Below are positions 9,694-18,933 of a DNA stretch of 43,884 nucleotides, piece after piece (the first letter of the stretch is position 1; each line of letters opens with the position of its first letter). This DNA is from a virus (lineage: Duplodnaviria; Caudoviricetes): the IMG/VR virus record IMGVR_UViG_3300032373_001161, positions 1 to 43,884 of that record; one strand, given 5' to 3'. A program made the translations under genes and the position numbers. The notes beneath the pieces were generated by a model. It had not been told where the DNA came from. It worked only from the letters and a program-made list of their open reading frames with translations, and ran no database searches.

Positions 9694-10182
9694 ATGACCA
9701 TCCCCAATCACCCCACCCTGAACGACCTTCCCAACATGCCCATCGGCGACATCGCCGCCCTGCCGGCCGAGACCTTGGCCTTGCTACAAGACGAGGCCGA
9801 CGAGGCCCTGCGGTCCGCAAAAACGACCCGTGATTGGATCGGTGGAGCTCTGGCGCTCAAGTATGACACCGCCGCTGCAAAAGCCCGACAAGCTGGCGGC
9901 AAGGACACCGGCACGGTTCGCTTCGACGACGGCCCGGTGACCGTGGTCGCCGACCTGCCGAAGAAGATCGACTGGGACCAGACCCAACTGGCCGCCCTGG
10001 TCGAGCGCATCCGAGCCGAAGGCGACGATCCCGCCGAGTATGTCGACATCGCCATCAAGGTCCCCGAGCGGAAGTTTACCGCCTGGCCGAGCCACATCCG
10101 GTCGGCCTTCGAGGATGCCCGAACCGTGCGGGTCGGCAAACCCACCTTCCGACTTTCCCTGAACGATGAGGTGCAATCATGA
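9694..10182 (+). CDS. Hypothetical phage protein of the recombination module
   Basis: GGAG RBS before ATG 9694; coupled to downstream genes. Confidence 0.75.
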   Translation: MTIPNHPTLNDLPNMPIGDIAALPAETLALLQDEADEALRSAKTTRDWIGGALALKYDTAAAKARQAGGKDTGTVRFDDGPVTVVADLPKKIDWDQTQLAALVERIRAEGDDPAEYVDIAIKVPERKFTAWPSHIRSAFEDARTVRVGKPTFRLSLNDEVQS

Positions 10183-10478
10183 CCACCAAGACCAAGCTGG
10201 ACCGCTTGCGCGAGGACAACTGCTTCTTCGCTGATCTCCCCGAAACCATCCGCATCCCGCCACTGGGGCCGCGCCAGGACGAGGTCACCAAGCCCATCGA
10301 GACGGCGTCGATCGACGACATCGCCTTCGCCCAGTTGGCGCTGCAAGCCAAGTCTTCCGCACTTTATGCCGAGATCGACGCCTTGCGCCGCATCTACGAC
10401 ATAGCGCGCAAGAACGGCGCCCTAGGCGCCGACAACGCCATCGACGCCATTCCGGACACCAAGGGAGGTTCCAAATGA
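10179..10478 (+). CDS. Hypothetical protein
   Basis: ATGA overlaps at both ends; GAGGTG RBS. Confidence 0.7.
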   Translation: MTTKTKLDRLREDNCFFADLPETIRIPPLGPRQDEVTKPIETASIDDIAFAQLALQAKSSALYAEIDALRRIYDIARKNGALGADNAIDAIPDTKGGSK

Positions 10479-11359
10479 GTCTCCCCATCATTTCCGCCGA
10501 TGAACGGCTGGCCGAGCGGCGCGGCATCAAGGGCTGCATTTTCGGCAAGTCTGGAATCGGCAAGACGAGCCTGCTGTGGACGCTCGAGGCTGCCTCGACA
10601 TTGTTCATGGATCTGGAGGCCGGTGACTTGGCCATCGAGGGTTGGCCCGGCGACACCATCCGGCCACGCACTTGGGCCGAATGCCGGGACTTCGCGGTGT
10701 TCATCGGCGGCCCCAATCCGGCGCTCCGCGATGACCAAGTCTACAGCCAGGCGCATTTCGACGCCGTTTGCGAGAACTTCGGCGACCCGGCTGCGCTGGA
10801 TAAATACGAAACCGTGTTCATCGACAGCATTACGGTCGCCGGCCGCCTGTGTTTTCAGTGGGCGAAGGGCCAGCCACAGGCGGTTTCGGATCGTACCGGC
10901 AAGCCCGACATGCGCGGCGCCTACGGTCTGCACGGCCAGGAGATGATCGCCTGGCTGACCCACCTGCAGCACACCCGGAACAAGAACGTCTGGTTCGTCG
11001 GAATCCTCGACGAGAAGCTCGACGACTTCAATCGCCGGGTCTTCCTGCCCCAGATCGAAGGTTCCAAGACCGGCAACGAACTGCCCGGCATCGTCGACGA
11101 GGTCATCACCATGGCCGAGATCGGCGCCGGCGACGGAGAGCCCTATCGGGCCTTCGTCTGCCAGACGATCAACCCCCACGGCTACCCGGCGAAGGATCGC
11201 AGTGGTCGCCTCGAAATGATCGAAGAACCGCATCTCGGCCGCCTGATGGAAAAAATCGGCGGCCCCGTAAAACCGGCGAGCGAGAGGTTGGAGTTTGGTC
11301 GCCCCGCCCCTCAACCCGCCGATACCCCCGTCACCCAAGAAGATGAAGGAGCACACTAA
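10475..11359 (+). CDS. AAA_24-family ATPase (Sak4-like phage recombinase)
   Basis: Walker A GKSGIGKT, Walker B VFIDSIT, C-terminal AKDRSG; adjacent to an SSB-like gene. Confidence 0.82.
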   Translation: MSLPIISADERLAERRGIKGCIFGKSGIGKTSLLWTLEAASTLFMDLEAGDLAIEGWPGDTIRPRTWAECRDFAVFIGGPNPALRDDQVYSQAHFDAVCENFGDPAALDKYETVFIDSITVAGRLCFQWAKGQPQAVSDRTGKPDMRGAYGLHGQEMIAWLTHLQHTRNKNVWFVGILDEKLDDFNRRVFLPQIEGSKTGNELPGIVDEVITMAEIGAGDGEPYRAFVCQTINPHGYPAKDRSGRLEMIEEPHLGRLMEKIGGPVKPASERLEFGRPAPQPADTPVTQEDEGAH

Positions 11360-11361
11360 TC

Positions 11362-11979
11362 ATGAATGGTGCATGGAACGATTACAACGACGCGGAGTCC
11401 CAGAACTCCTATGACCTGATCCCCAAGGGCGCCATCGTGCCGGTCAGGATGACCATCAAGCCGGGTGGTTACGACGACCCCAGCCAGGGTTGGACCGGCG
11501 GCTACGCCACCCACAACGAGACCACCGGGTCGGTCTACCTGAACGCCGAGTTCGTCATCACCGAGGGAACGTTCGCCAAGCGCAAGGTCTGGAGCCTGAT
11601 CGGTCTCCTCAGTCTCAAGGGCCCCGAGTGGGGCAACATGGGGCGCTCGTTCGTGCGCGGCATCCTCAACTCGGCCCGCGGCCTGTCTGACAAGGACAAC
11701 TCGCCCGAGGCGCAGACGGCGCGGCGCATCAACGGGTTCGCCGATCTCGACGGCATCGAGTTCCTGGCCAAGATCGACGTCGGCAAGGACGCCAATGGCG
11801 ATGCCAAGAATGAAATCCGGTTCGCGGTCACGCCCAATCACAAGGACTGGAAGGCGTTCCAGGAAAACGGCGGCATCTGGAGGCCGGGCGTCGCCACCGC
11901 CGGCGCTTCCGCTTCGGCGCCCGCCACGACGGATGCACAGCCGACCGCCAATCCCAATCGTCCGACCTGGGCGCAATAG
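11362..11979 (+). CDS. Phage ssDNA-binding protein (DUF669-like)
   Basis: YDLIPKG...YLNAEFVITEG...RKVW...KNEI pattern with a flexible tail ending PTWAQ; follows the Sak4-like ATPase. Confidence 0.7.
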   Translation: MNGAWNDYNDAESQNSYDLIPKGAIVPVRMTIKPGGYDDPSQGWTGGYATHNETTGSVYLNAEFVITEGTFAKRKVWSLIGLLSLKGPEWGNMGRSFVRGILNSARGLSDKDNSPEAQTARRINGFADLDGIEFLAKIDVGKDANGDAKNEIRFAVTPNHKDWKAFQENGGIWRPGVATAGASASAPATTDAQPTANPNRPTWAQ

Positions 11980-11991
11980 GAGGGCTGAGCC

Positions 11992-13674
11992 ATGTTACTC
12001 CGTCCCCGCCAGAAGACCTTCGTCGAGCGCAGCGTCAACGCGCTCGATGAACACGGCAACACCCTTGGTGTGGCTCCGACCGGTGCCGGCAAGACGATCA
12101 TGCTTTCCGGCGTGGTCGGAAAGATGCTGGCCGGCAACGACGCCAGGGCCGGCGTGCTGGCGCATCGAGACGAACTGACGGCGCAGAACGTGCTCAAGTT
12201 CGCCAAGGTCAATCCGAACGTCAGCACCTCGATCGTGGACTCCCGCACCAAATCGTGGCGCGGGCGCACCACGTTCGCCATGGTGCCGACCCTGGCTCGT
12301 AAGGCGAACCTGGACGCCATGCCGGCGCTCGATTTGCTGGTCATCGACGAAGCCCACCATGTGGCCGCCGACAGTTATCGGCGAATCATCGACCGGGCCC
12401 GGGATGGCAATCCGGACGTCAAGGTGTTCGGCGTTACGGCGACCCCCAACCGAGGTGACAGGAAGGGCCTGCGGCCGGTGTTCTCCAACGTCGCCGACCA
12501 GATCAACATTGGCGAGTTGATCGGCTCCGGACATCTGGTTCCGCCGCGCACCTTCGTCATCGATGTCGGCGCTCAGGAGGCTCTGAAGAGCGTACGCAAG
12601 ACCGTCGACGACTTCGACATGAAGGCGGTCGACGCCATCATGAATACGGCGCCCATTACCGAAGCGGTGATCCGGCATTGGCGGGAGAAGGCGGGTGATC
12701 GCAAGACGGTGGTGTTTTGCTCTACCGTCGATCATGCCCGCAACGTCCGCGACGCCTTCGTTGCCGACGGCATCCATGCCGACATGATTTATGGAGACAT
12801 GCCGACGGCAGAGCGCCGCTCGGTGCTGCGGGCATTCGAGAAGGGTGACACCCAGGTCATCGTCAATGTGGCGGTGCTGACCGAAGGCTGGGATCATCAA
12901 CCGACCAGTTGCGTCATCCTGCTCAGGCCCTCGTCCTACAAATCGACCATGATCCAGATGGTCGGGCGGGGGCTGCGCACCGTCGACCCGAACGAGTTCC
13001 CCGGCATCGTCAAGACCGACTGCATCGTGCTGGACTTCGGCACCTCGTCTCTGCTGCACGGCTGCCTTGAACAGGACGTCAACCTGGACGGGCGGACCGG
13101 CGACGGCGAGGCCCCGACCAAGGACTGCCCGGAATGCGGCGCCATCGTTCCCTTAGGCCTCCGGGAATGCCCTCTTTGCGGCCACCTGTGGGAGATGTCC
13201 GGAGACGGCGATGGCGAGACGGTTCCGCTCACCGACTTTGTCATGTCGGAAATCGATCTGCTCAAGCGCTCCAGTTTCCGGTGGTGCGATCTGTTCGGCG
13301 ACGACGCGGCCCTGATCGCCAACGGCTTCAACGCCTGGGGCGGCATCTTCTTTTTGCATGGGCGTTGGCATGCCATCGGTGGGGCCAAGGGGCAGCGCGC
13401 CCGGCTCCTGGCCGTGGGCGAAAGGACCGTGTGCCTGGCGGCGGCCGACGACTGGCTCAACGAGAACGAGACCGACGAGAGCGCCCACAAGACCAAGCGC
13501 TGGTTGAACCAGTCGGCCACCGACAAACAGCTTCAGTATTTGCCCCCGGAATATCGCCAGGACTTCGGTCTGACCCGTTATCAGGCCTCGGCGCTGCTGA
13601 CCTTCACGTTCAACAAGGGTGCGATCACGAATCTGGTGACGTCGGCTTCCAACGATCAACGGAGGGCGGCATGA
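11992..13674 (+). CDS. SF2 DEAD/DEAH helicase with zinc ribbon (RadD/YejH-like)
   Basis: APTGAGKT, DEAHH, TATP, QMVGRGLR, CPEC..CPLC. Confidence 0.92.
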   Translation: MLLRPRQKTFVERSVNALDEHGNTLGVAPTGAGKTIMLSGVVGKMLAGNDARAGVLAHRDELTAQNVLKFAKVNPNVSTSIVDSRTKSWRGRTTFAMVPTLARKANLDAMPALDLLVIDEAHHVAADSYRRIIDRARDGNPDVKVFGVTATPNRGDRKGLRPVFSNVADQINIGELIGSGHLVPPRTFVIDVGAQEALKSVRKTVDDFDMKAVDAIMNTAPITEAVIRHWREKAGDRKTVVFCSTVDHARNVRDAFVADGIHADMIYGDMPTAERRSVLRAFEKGDTQVIVNVAVLTEGWDHQPTSCVILLRPSSYKSTMIQMVGRGLRTVDPNEFPGIVKTDCIVLDFGTSSLLHGCLEQDVNLDGRTGDGEAPTKDCPECGAIVPLGLRECPLCGHLWEMSGDGDGETVPLTDFVMSEIDLLKRSSFRWCDLFGDDAALIANGFNAWGGIFFLHGRWHAIGGAKGQRARLLAVGERTVCLAAADDWLNENETDESAHKTKRWLNQSATDKQLQYLPPEYRQDFGLTRYQASALLTFTFNKGAITNLVTSASNDQRRAA

Positions 13675-13677
13675 GCC

Positions 13678-14085
13678 ATGAAGACCATCTCCGAAACCGC
13701 CGCCGCGCGACTGCGGCTTTGGCATCCACGTGGTGCGCTCTGTGCCGTCTGTCGGCGTCCAACCCGTGGCTTTGGCTGGTTCGATCCTCGGTCCTCGAAA
13801 CGTCCGCGACGATCCCGTTGGTTCTGTTCCATGAATTGCCAAGGCTACTGGTCGCGTTTGGCGAAGGGAGGCTTGAGCATGGTTGATCTGACCGAGCAGG
13901 AACAGGCGGCAATCCGGGCGGCCATGAAACCGGTCGCCGAGATCATGGAGGAGATCGGCTGGCAGACCCGGCTGATCGACCTCTCCGGACCCCAGGTTCT
14001 CACCCTCATCGAGGTCGCCGTCGGCGGCTTTCAGGACGCCATGCTGGCCACGGCCAAGGGCGACGATACGGAGATCCCATTCTAA
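13678..14085 (+). CDS. Hypothetical Zn-finger protein (DUF6511-like)
   Basis: CAVC...FCSMNC; ends EIPF; TAATG coupling to the next gene. Confidence 0.65.
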   Translation: MKTISETAAARLRLWHPRGALCAVCRRPTRGFGWFDPRSSKRPRRSRWFCSMNCQGYWSRLAKGGLSMVDLTEQEQAAIRAAMKPVAEIMEEIGWQTRLIDLSGPQVLTLIEVAVGGFQDAMLATAKGDDTEIPF

Positions 14086-14846
14086 TGCTGGACTATAACC
14101 ACACCGCCAATATCGCCGATCAGGTGAATGCGCTGATCGACACGGCCCTCATCGCCGAGAACCATGCCCAACCATCCCGCCAGTATCTCGGAGGATCGCG
14201 TCTTGGCGTCGCCTGCGACCGGGCCCTGCAGTTCGAATATGCTCAGGCCCCGAAGGACGCCGGGCGGGATTTTGACGGGCAGACGCTCCGCATCTTCGCC
14301 GCCGGCCATCTGTTCGAGGATCTGGCCATCCGCTGGCTTCGTCTGGCCGGATTTGACCTCTACACCACCAGAGGCAACAAACCGGGTGGTGAGCAGTTCG
14401 GGTTTTCGGTCGCGGGCGGTCGCATTCGCGGCCATGTGGACGGCATCATCAATGCCGGTCCCGAGATGCCGGGATTTCCGGCGCTTTGGGAATGCAAGTC
14501 GCTTAACGCCAAGTCCTGGAACGACACGGTGAAGCGAGGCCTCGCGCTCTCCAAGCCGGTCTATGCGGCCCAGATCGCCGTCTACCAGGCTTACATGGAA
14601 GCGACGGTGCCCGGCATTTCGACGAACCCGGCGCTGTTCACCGCCATCAATAAGGATACGGCGGAACTTTATCACGAACTGGTGCCCTTCGACGGCGCCC
14701 TGGCCCAGCGCATGAGCGACAAGGGCGTGCGCGTCATCCAGGCGAGCGAGGCCGGTGAGTTGCTTCCCCGCATCGCCCAGTCCGCCGATTTCTTTGAATG
14801 CCGGTTCTGCTCCTGGTCCGACCGTTGCTGGAGGGAGAGTGCATGA
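14085..14846 (+). CDS. Cas4-like PD-(D/E)XK exonuclease
   Basis: YLGGSRLGVAC, GHVDG, WECKS, Y.AQ..VY, and C-terminal CRFC.W...C (four Cys, Fe-S type). Confidence 0.8.
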   Translation: MLDYNHTANIADQVNALIDTALIAENHAQPSRQYLGGSRLGVACDRALQFEYAQAPKDAGRDFDGQTLRIFAAGHLFEDLAIRWLRLAGFDLYTTRGNKPGGEQFGFSVAGGRIRGHVDGIINAGPEMPGFPALWECKSLNAKSWNDTVKRGLALSKPVYAAQIAVYQAYMEATVPGISTNPALFTAINKDTAELYHELVPFDGALAQRMSDKGVRVIQASEAGELLPRIAQSADFFECRFCSWSDRCWRESA

Positions 14847-17032
14847 GCGGGGATGTGATCGATCTGGACCGCTGGCGCGACTTCAATGACGCCGAACCCC
14901 AGCGTCTCGATGGCACCCGGCCCTGGGACGGCGCCGAAGCGACCCAAGACATCAAGGCGCGCATGCTCGCCAACATCCGGGGCGTGCTCTCCTACCTCTT
15001 GCCGGGCGGCGTGTTCCAGCGGGGAAAGTTCCTGGTCGGCGATATCTCTGGTAACCGTGGCGACAGCCTCACCGTCGAGTTGTCCGGTCCCAAGGCCGGC
15101 ATGTGGCACGACTTCGCCACCAAGGAGGGCGGCGACATCATCGGTCTGTGGGCGGCGGTGACCGGTCGGGACACCCGGACCGAGTTTCCGGCCATCATGG
15201 ACGACATCCGCGAATGGTTGGACGGCCGCAGCAGGACCCTTCATGACGACCGGGCGGACAAGGGCCAGGCTCCAAACACCAACAAGGCCCCTCCCTCCGA
15301 CGATCTCGGGCCGGTGACGGCCAAATGGGATTACCTGGACGAGGCAGGAGTTCTGCTGGCCTGCGTCTACCGCTACGACCCGCCCGGCGGGAAGCAGTTC
15401 CGCCCTTGGGACGTCCGCGCCCGCAAGATGAAGGCCCCGGACCCACGCCCGCTCTACAATCGGCCCGGCATCAAGGTTGCCGACGAGATTGTCCTGGTCG
15501 AAGGCGAGAAGGCGGCGGAAGCACTCATTCAACAGGGCGTCTCGGCCACCACGGCCATGTTCGGGGCCTCCGCTCCGGTCGCCAAGACCGACTGGTCGCC
15601 GCTTACGGCCAAGCGGCTGGTGATCTGGCCCGACAAGGACAGCGCCGGCTGGCGGTACGCGGAGGCAGCCGGCCAGGCCGCGCTGGAGGCGGGCGCCGTC
15701 TCCGTCGCGATCCTCATGCCGCCTGGCGACAAGCCCGACAAATGGGACGCGGCGGACGCGGTCGACGAGGGCATGGATGTCGCCGAATTCATCGCAACGG
15801 GGGAACGCCAAACAGTCCGTCCCGAGAAGAGGTCGCTCGATCTCAACGACTGGCACGCGACCCGCTATGCAGGCGATGCGCCCGAGCAGCGCTTCCTGGT
15901 CGAGGGATCGTTCCCCATGGGCGTGGTTTCGATCCTGGCTGCCATGGGCGACACCGGCAAGGGCATGATGACTCTCGACCTGGCGCTGTCGGTCGCCACC
16001 GGTCGTCCAGGATCGGTCTCGGTCTGTCCCGAACCCCTGGCTTTCGGCGGCGCGGTCCGAGAGTTCGGCGCCGCCGTCATTTTCACCGCCGAGGACGACC
16101 AGGGAGAAGTCCATCGCCGTCTGCAACGCCTCGATCCCGAGGAGCATCGACTCGAACAACCCGAACGCCTAATCGTCGTGCCCCTGCCCAACGCCGGCGG
16201 TCCCATTCCTCTGGTGGTGTCCGGCAAGGATGGCCCGGAGATCACGCCGCAGTTCCGGATGCTCCGCGATCAGATCCTGCGTCTTCGGGAACTGAAACTG
16301 GTGGTGTTCGACCCGCTGGCGTCGTTCATCCATGCCGACGTCACCTCCGACCCAGCGGCGGGCAGCTTCGCCACCGGCCTGTTGGCGAGCCTAGCCACCG
16401 AAACCGGCGCGGCGGTGATGGTTGCGCACCACATGCGCAAACCCCAGGGCAATCGCCCCATCTCATCGGTCGAACAAGCCCGCGACGCGGTGCGCGGCAC
16501 CAGCGCCATCGTCGATGGGGTGCGTATGGTCTACGCCCTCTGGCCGGCGCCCGAGGAGCATCAGGGCTATGTTTTAAAGGCGCTGGAAGAGCCCTTTTCC
16601 CGCAATGCCGTGTTTCAGGGCGCGGTGGTCAAGGCCAACGGTCCCGCCGACCGCACGATCCGAACCTTCCTGCGCGCAGACACAGGCCTTCTGATCGACG
16701 TCACACCGCGCCTTCGTGAACATCGCCGTCCGGTGCAGGATTTGATAGATGCGCTCGTCGCGGCGATCGCCCGCGCTGCGGAAAACGGCCATCCCTACAC
16801 CCACACCGGCGGAACGGGCATTTATCAGCAGCGTCACCGCCTGCCCACCGAGTTCCGGGAAATGGGCAGAAAGCGGATTCAGGACATGGCCCAGGAACTC
16901 CTCAACGACGGCGTTCTGGTTAAAGGCATGGCCTCTGGCTCGAAGGAAGACAAGTGGCTGGATGTCCCAACCGGGCCGTTCGCACGCGGTGTCGGAGAGT
17001 TCGTGCACGGCGCTGACGAGGGAGAAGATTGA
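14843..17032 (+). CDS. Primase-helicase (TOPRIM plus RepA/AAA_25 helicase)
   Basis: LVEGEK, WPDKD and WDAAD TOPRIM motifs; AMGDTGKG Walker A, VVFDPL Walker B, AHHMRK. ATG 14843 overlaps the previous stop. Confidence 0.85.
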   Translation: MSGDVIDLDRWRDFNDAEPQRLDGTRPWDGAEATQDIKARMLANIRGVLSYLLPGGVFQRGKFLVGDISGNRGDSLTVELSGPKAGMWHDFATKEGGDIIGLWAAVTGRDTRTEFPAIMDDIREWLDGRSRTLHDDRADKGQAPNTNKAPPSDDLGPVTAKWDYLDEAGVLLACVYRYDPPGGKQFRPWDVRARKMKAPDPRPLYNRPGIKVADEIVLVEGEKAAEALIQQGVSATTAMFGASAPVAKTDWSPLTAKRLVIWPDKDSAGWRYAEAAGQAALEAGAVSVAILMPPGDKPDKWDAADAVDEGMDVAEFIATGERQTVRPEKRSLDLNDWHATRYAGDAPEQRFLVEGSFPMGVVSILAAMGDTGKGMMTLDLALSVATGRPGSVSVCPEPLAFGGAVREFGAAVIFTAEDDQGEVHRRLQRLDPEEHRLEQPERLIVVPLPNAGGPIPLVVSGKDGPEITPQFRMLRDQILRLRELKLVVFDPLASFIHADVTSDPAAGSFATGLLASLATETGAAVMVAHHMRKPQGNRPISSVEQARDAVRGTSAIVDGVRMVYALWPAPEEHQGYVLKALEEPFSRNAVFQGAVVKANGPADRTIRTFLRADTGLLIDVTPRLREHRRPVQDLIDALVAAIARAAENGHPYTHTGGTGIYQQRHRLPTEFREMGRKRIQDMAQELLNDGVLVKGMASGSKEDKWLDVPTGPFARGVGEFVHGADEGED

Positions 17033-17046
17033 TGGCCCGATCAACT

Positions 17047-17351
17047 CCGTTGCCAACCGTTACCAGCCGTTGCCAAGCCCGTTTTGGCAACGTGTTTGCG
17101 TTGCCAATTACCACGTTGCCACTTGGTTACCAAATTTCTTTGGCAACGGAAAAATATGCACAACATCTTGAAAACATTGATGAAATCGGATCAGTCCCCG
17201 TTGCCAAGGCGCTCCGTTGCCAACCAGCAAAAACATCAATGATTTCAACGATTTCCACGTTGCCACCTCCCCCTAAAGGGGGAGGAGTGTGCTCGGCAAC
17301 ACACACTCCTCCCACCAGTGATTGGGTTTTCCATTGCCAGGCCGTTGCCAC
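17047..17351. repeat. Iteron-like array of about 11 CGTTGCCA(A) units in both orientations plus two hairpins; putative replication origin
   Basis: Direct copies at 17047, 17057 (variant), 17067, 17099, 17114, 17198, 17214, 17258, 17342; inverted copies at 17084 and 17140; AT-rich spacers; directly after the primase-helicase. Confidence 0.72.
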
Positions 17352-17393
17352 CCCCGACCCGATGACCAGAACTGATTTCCATGGAGAGCCGAT

Positions 17394-17924
17394 ATGACCG
17401 CGACCGTATTGATCGAACCACTGACCGACCCTCTGACCGACCTAGGGGAAGGACATCTTGTCGTCCTGGCCCTCGACCTCGGCACCAAATCCGGATGGGC
17501 GTTGCATGGTCATGACGGTCAGATCACCAGCGGTACCGTCGAGTTCAGAAACGACCGGTGGCAGGGTGGCGGAATGCGCTTCCTGCGGTTCAAGCGGTGG
17601 CTCACCGAGATCAAGCAGATGGCCGGTGGTCTGGACGCGGTGTTCGTCGAGGAAGTCCGCCGCCACGTCGGCGTCGATGCCGCCCATGCCTACGGGGGTT
17701 TTCTGGCCCACGTCACCGCCTGGTGCGAACACCACGAAATTCCCTACGAGGCCGTGCCCGTCGGCACCATCAAGCGCCACGCTACCGGCAAGGGCAACGC
17801 CAACAAGGACGCGGTGATCGCCGCCATGCGCGGCCGTGGATTTAATCCCGCCGACGACAACGAGGCCGACGCCTTGGCGTTGCTCTGCTGGGCCATGGAT
17901 CATCGCATGGGGGGGCTGTCATGA
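17394..17924 (+). CDS. RuvC-like Holliday junction resolvase
   Basis: VLALDLGTKSGWA, VFVEEV, ATGKGNANKD, DDNEADALAL. Confidence 0.82.
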   Translation: MTATVLIEPLTDPLTDLGEGHLVVLALDLGTKSGWALHGHDGQITSGTVEFRNDRWQGGGMRFLRFKRWLTEIKQMAGGLDAVFVEEVRRHVGVDAAHAYGGFLAHVTAWCEHHEIPYEAVPVGTIKRHATGKGNANKDAVIAAMRGRGFNPADDNEADALALLCWAMDHRMGGLS

Positions 17925-18115
17925 AGTGGCACCCGAAGGGCTACGGCGGCGAACGCCGGTCACCGGATCAGGTCAAGCGGGAAGGTTGGCGCGAACAGGG
18001 CGTGCTGGCCGTCTCCGTCGAGGACGAGCGTCTGACCTGGCCGGAACGGGAACTGGTTAAACAACTCGGAGAAAAACTCTACGGCAAGCTCCGGGAGGAA
18101 TCCCATGGGCGATAA
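17921..18115 (+). CDS. Small hypothetical protein
   Basis: 64-aa ORF overlapping both neighbours. Confidence 0.65.
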   Translation: MKWHPKGYGGERRSPDQVKREGWREQGVLAVSVEDERLTWPERELVKQLGEKLYGKLREESHGR

Positions 18116-18548
18116 GCGATGGACTCCCTCACTGGTGGAGGAACGGCTGGTGGAAGCCGCCGACGTGTTGAAGCGGCTGCCCGAGGAGCGGGTCCAGGGG
18201 TATTTCTCCGTCTGGCCCGAGGTCGTTCGCAGTGTCTATGACGCATTCGGCTGGCATGATCCGGTACTCAAGCGCCCCTGGCCGTCACCGTCGTCCATCG
18301 ACCGCATGGACGAGACGATGACCTGGCTCGGATGGTTGGAGCCGGACGTGGCGAAGATCGTCTGGTTTCGGGCGTCAGGAAGCCGCTGGAAATCCATCTG
18401 CGCAAAGGTCGGATTGCAGCGAACGGCGGTCCATCAGCGCTATCTTTTTGGCCATTGTGTCATTGCCTGGAGGCTTAATGGCCGGCGAGTTCCGCGTAAC
18501 CGTTCGCGGCGGCACGTGATTGCGATGGTCCAATCGGCGAAGGCGTGA
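18105..18548 (+). CDS. DUF6362-like HTH protein; putative late-gene regulator
   Basis: WTPSLVEERLVEAADVL...C-terminal sigma4-like HTH (WKSICAKVGLQRTAVHQRY); sits where lambda Q-type regulators sit, at the end of the early operon. Confidence 0.68.
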   Translation: MGDKRWTPSLVEERLVEAADVLKRLPEERVQGYFSVWPEVVRSVYDAFGWHDPVLKRPWPSPSSIDRMDETMTWLGWLEPDVAKIVWFRASGSRWKSICAKVGLQRTAVHQRYLFGHCVIAWRLNGRRVPRNRSRRHVIAMVQSAKA

Positions 18549-18698
18549 GTAGTGGATAGAAAGGTGTTCGGCGAACACTTTTCGCGCGGACAGAACCGGC
18601 CGAAATGGCTATGATTTTCGCTATCCTCAGGAGAGGCGCGCCCGGAACAGGGCGGCGCTTCAAAGCAAGGAATTCCATCGAATTTGTGAGTGAAAAAT

Positions 18699-18889
18699 GG
18701 TTCCTTCCCAAGCCAGAACGTATGCTGGCGGGCACAGCCCGACACTTTCCTAGTGACAACCTGAAAAAAGCCATTTCGTTTCGTTTCAAGCACGGCGGAA
18801 ATCCGCTGTAGGCCGTGCTGGGCATGGCTTGCTGCGTTTTCACCAAGGTTCGCCGAAACGAAATGCACCGCCGGGCCGTTTCGTTTCAA
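18699..18889 (+). other. Putative cos packaging site (cosQ/cosN/cosB-like)
   Basis: GGTTCCT (18699-18705), a GC-rich 12-mer GGCGGGCACAGC (18727-18738), then repeats CGTTTCGTTTCAA at 18777 and 18877 and an inverted CGAAACGAAATG at 18854. Confidence 0.55.
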
Positions 18890-18933
18890 ACCGAAATGCC
18901 CCCCGACCCAACAACCTTTTCGAAGAGACGACA

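Noticed and set aside
15325-16719. 464-aa alternative-frame ORF inside the primase-helicase
   Set aside because: Arg/Gly/Pro-rich translation typical of an off-frame GC-rich sequence.
14085-17351. Cas4-like gene plus a repeat array as a possible CRISPR locus
   Set aside because: Repeats are 8-10 bp, irregularly spaced and in both orientations with no spacer structure; no other cas genes; stand-alone Cas4-like nucleases are common in phage replication modules.
17029-17397. 122-aa ORF between primase and RuvC
   Set aside because: Its translation simply reflects the DNA repeats; atypical composition; better explained as an origin.
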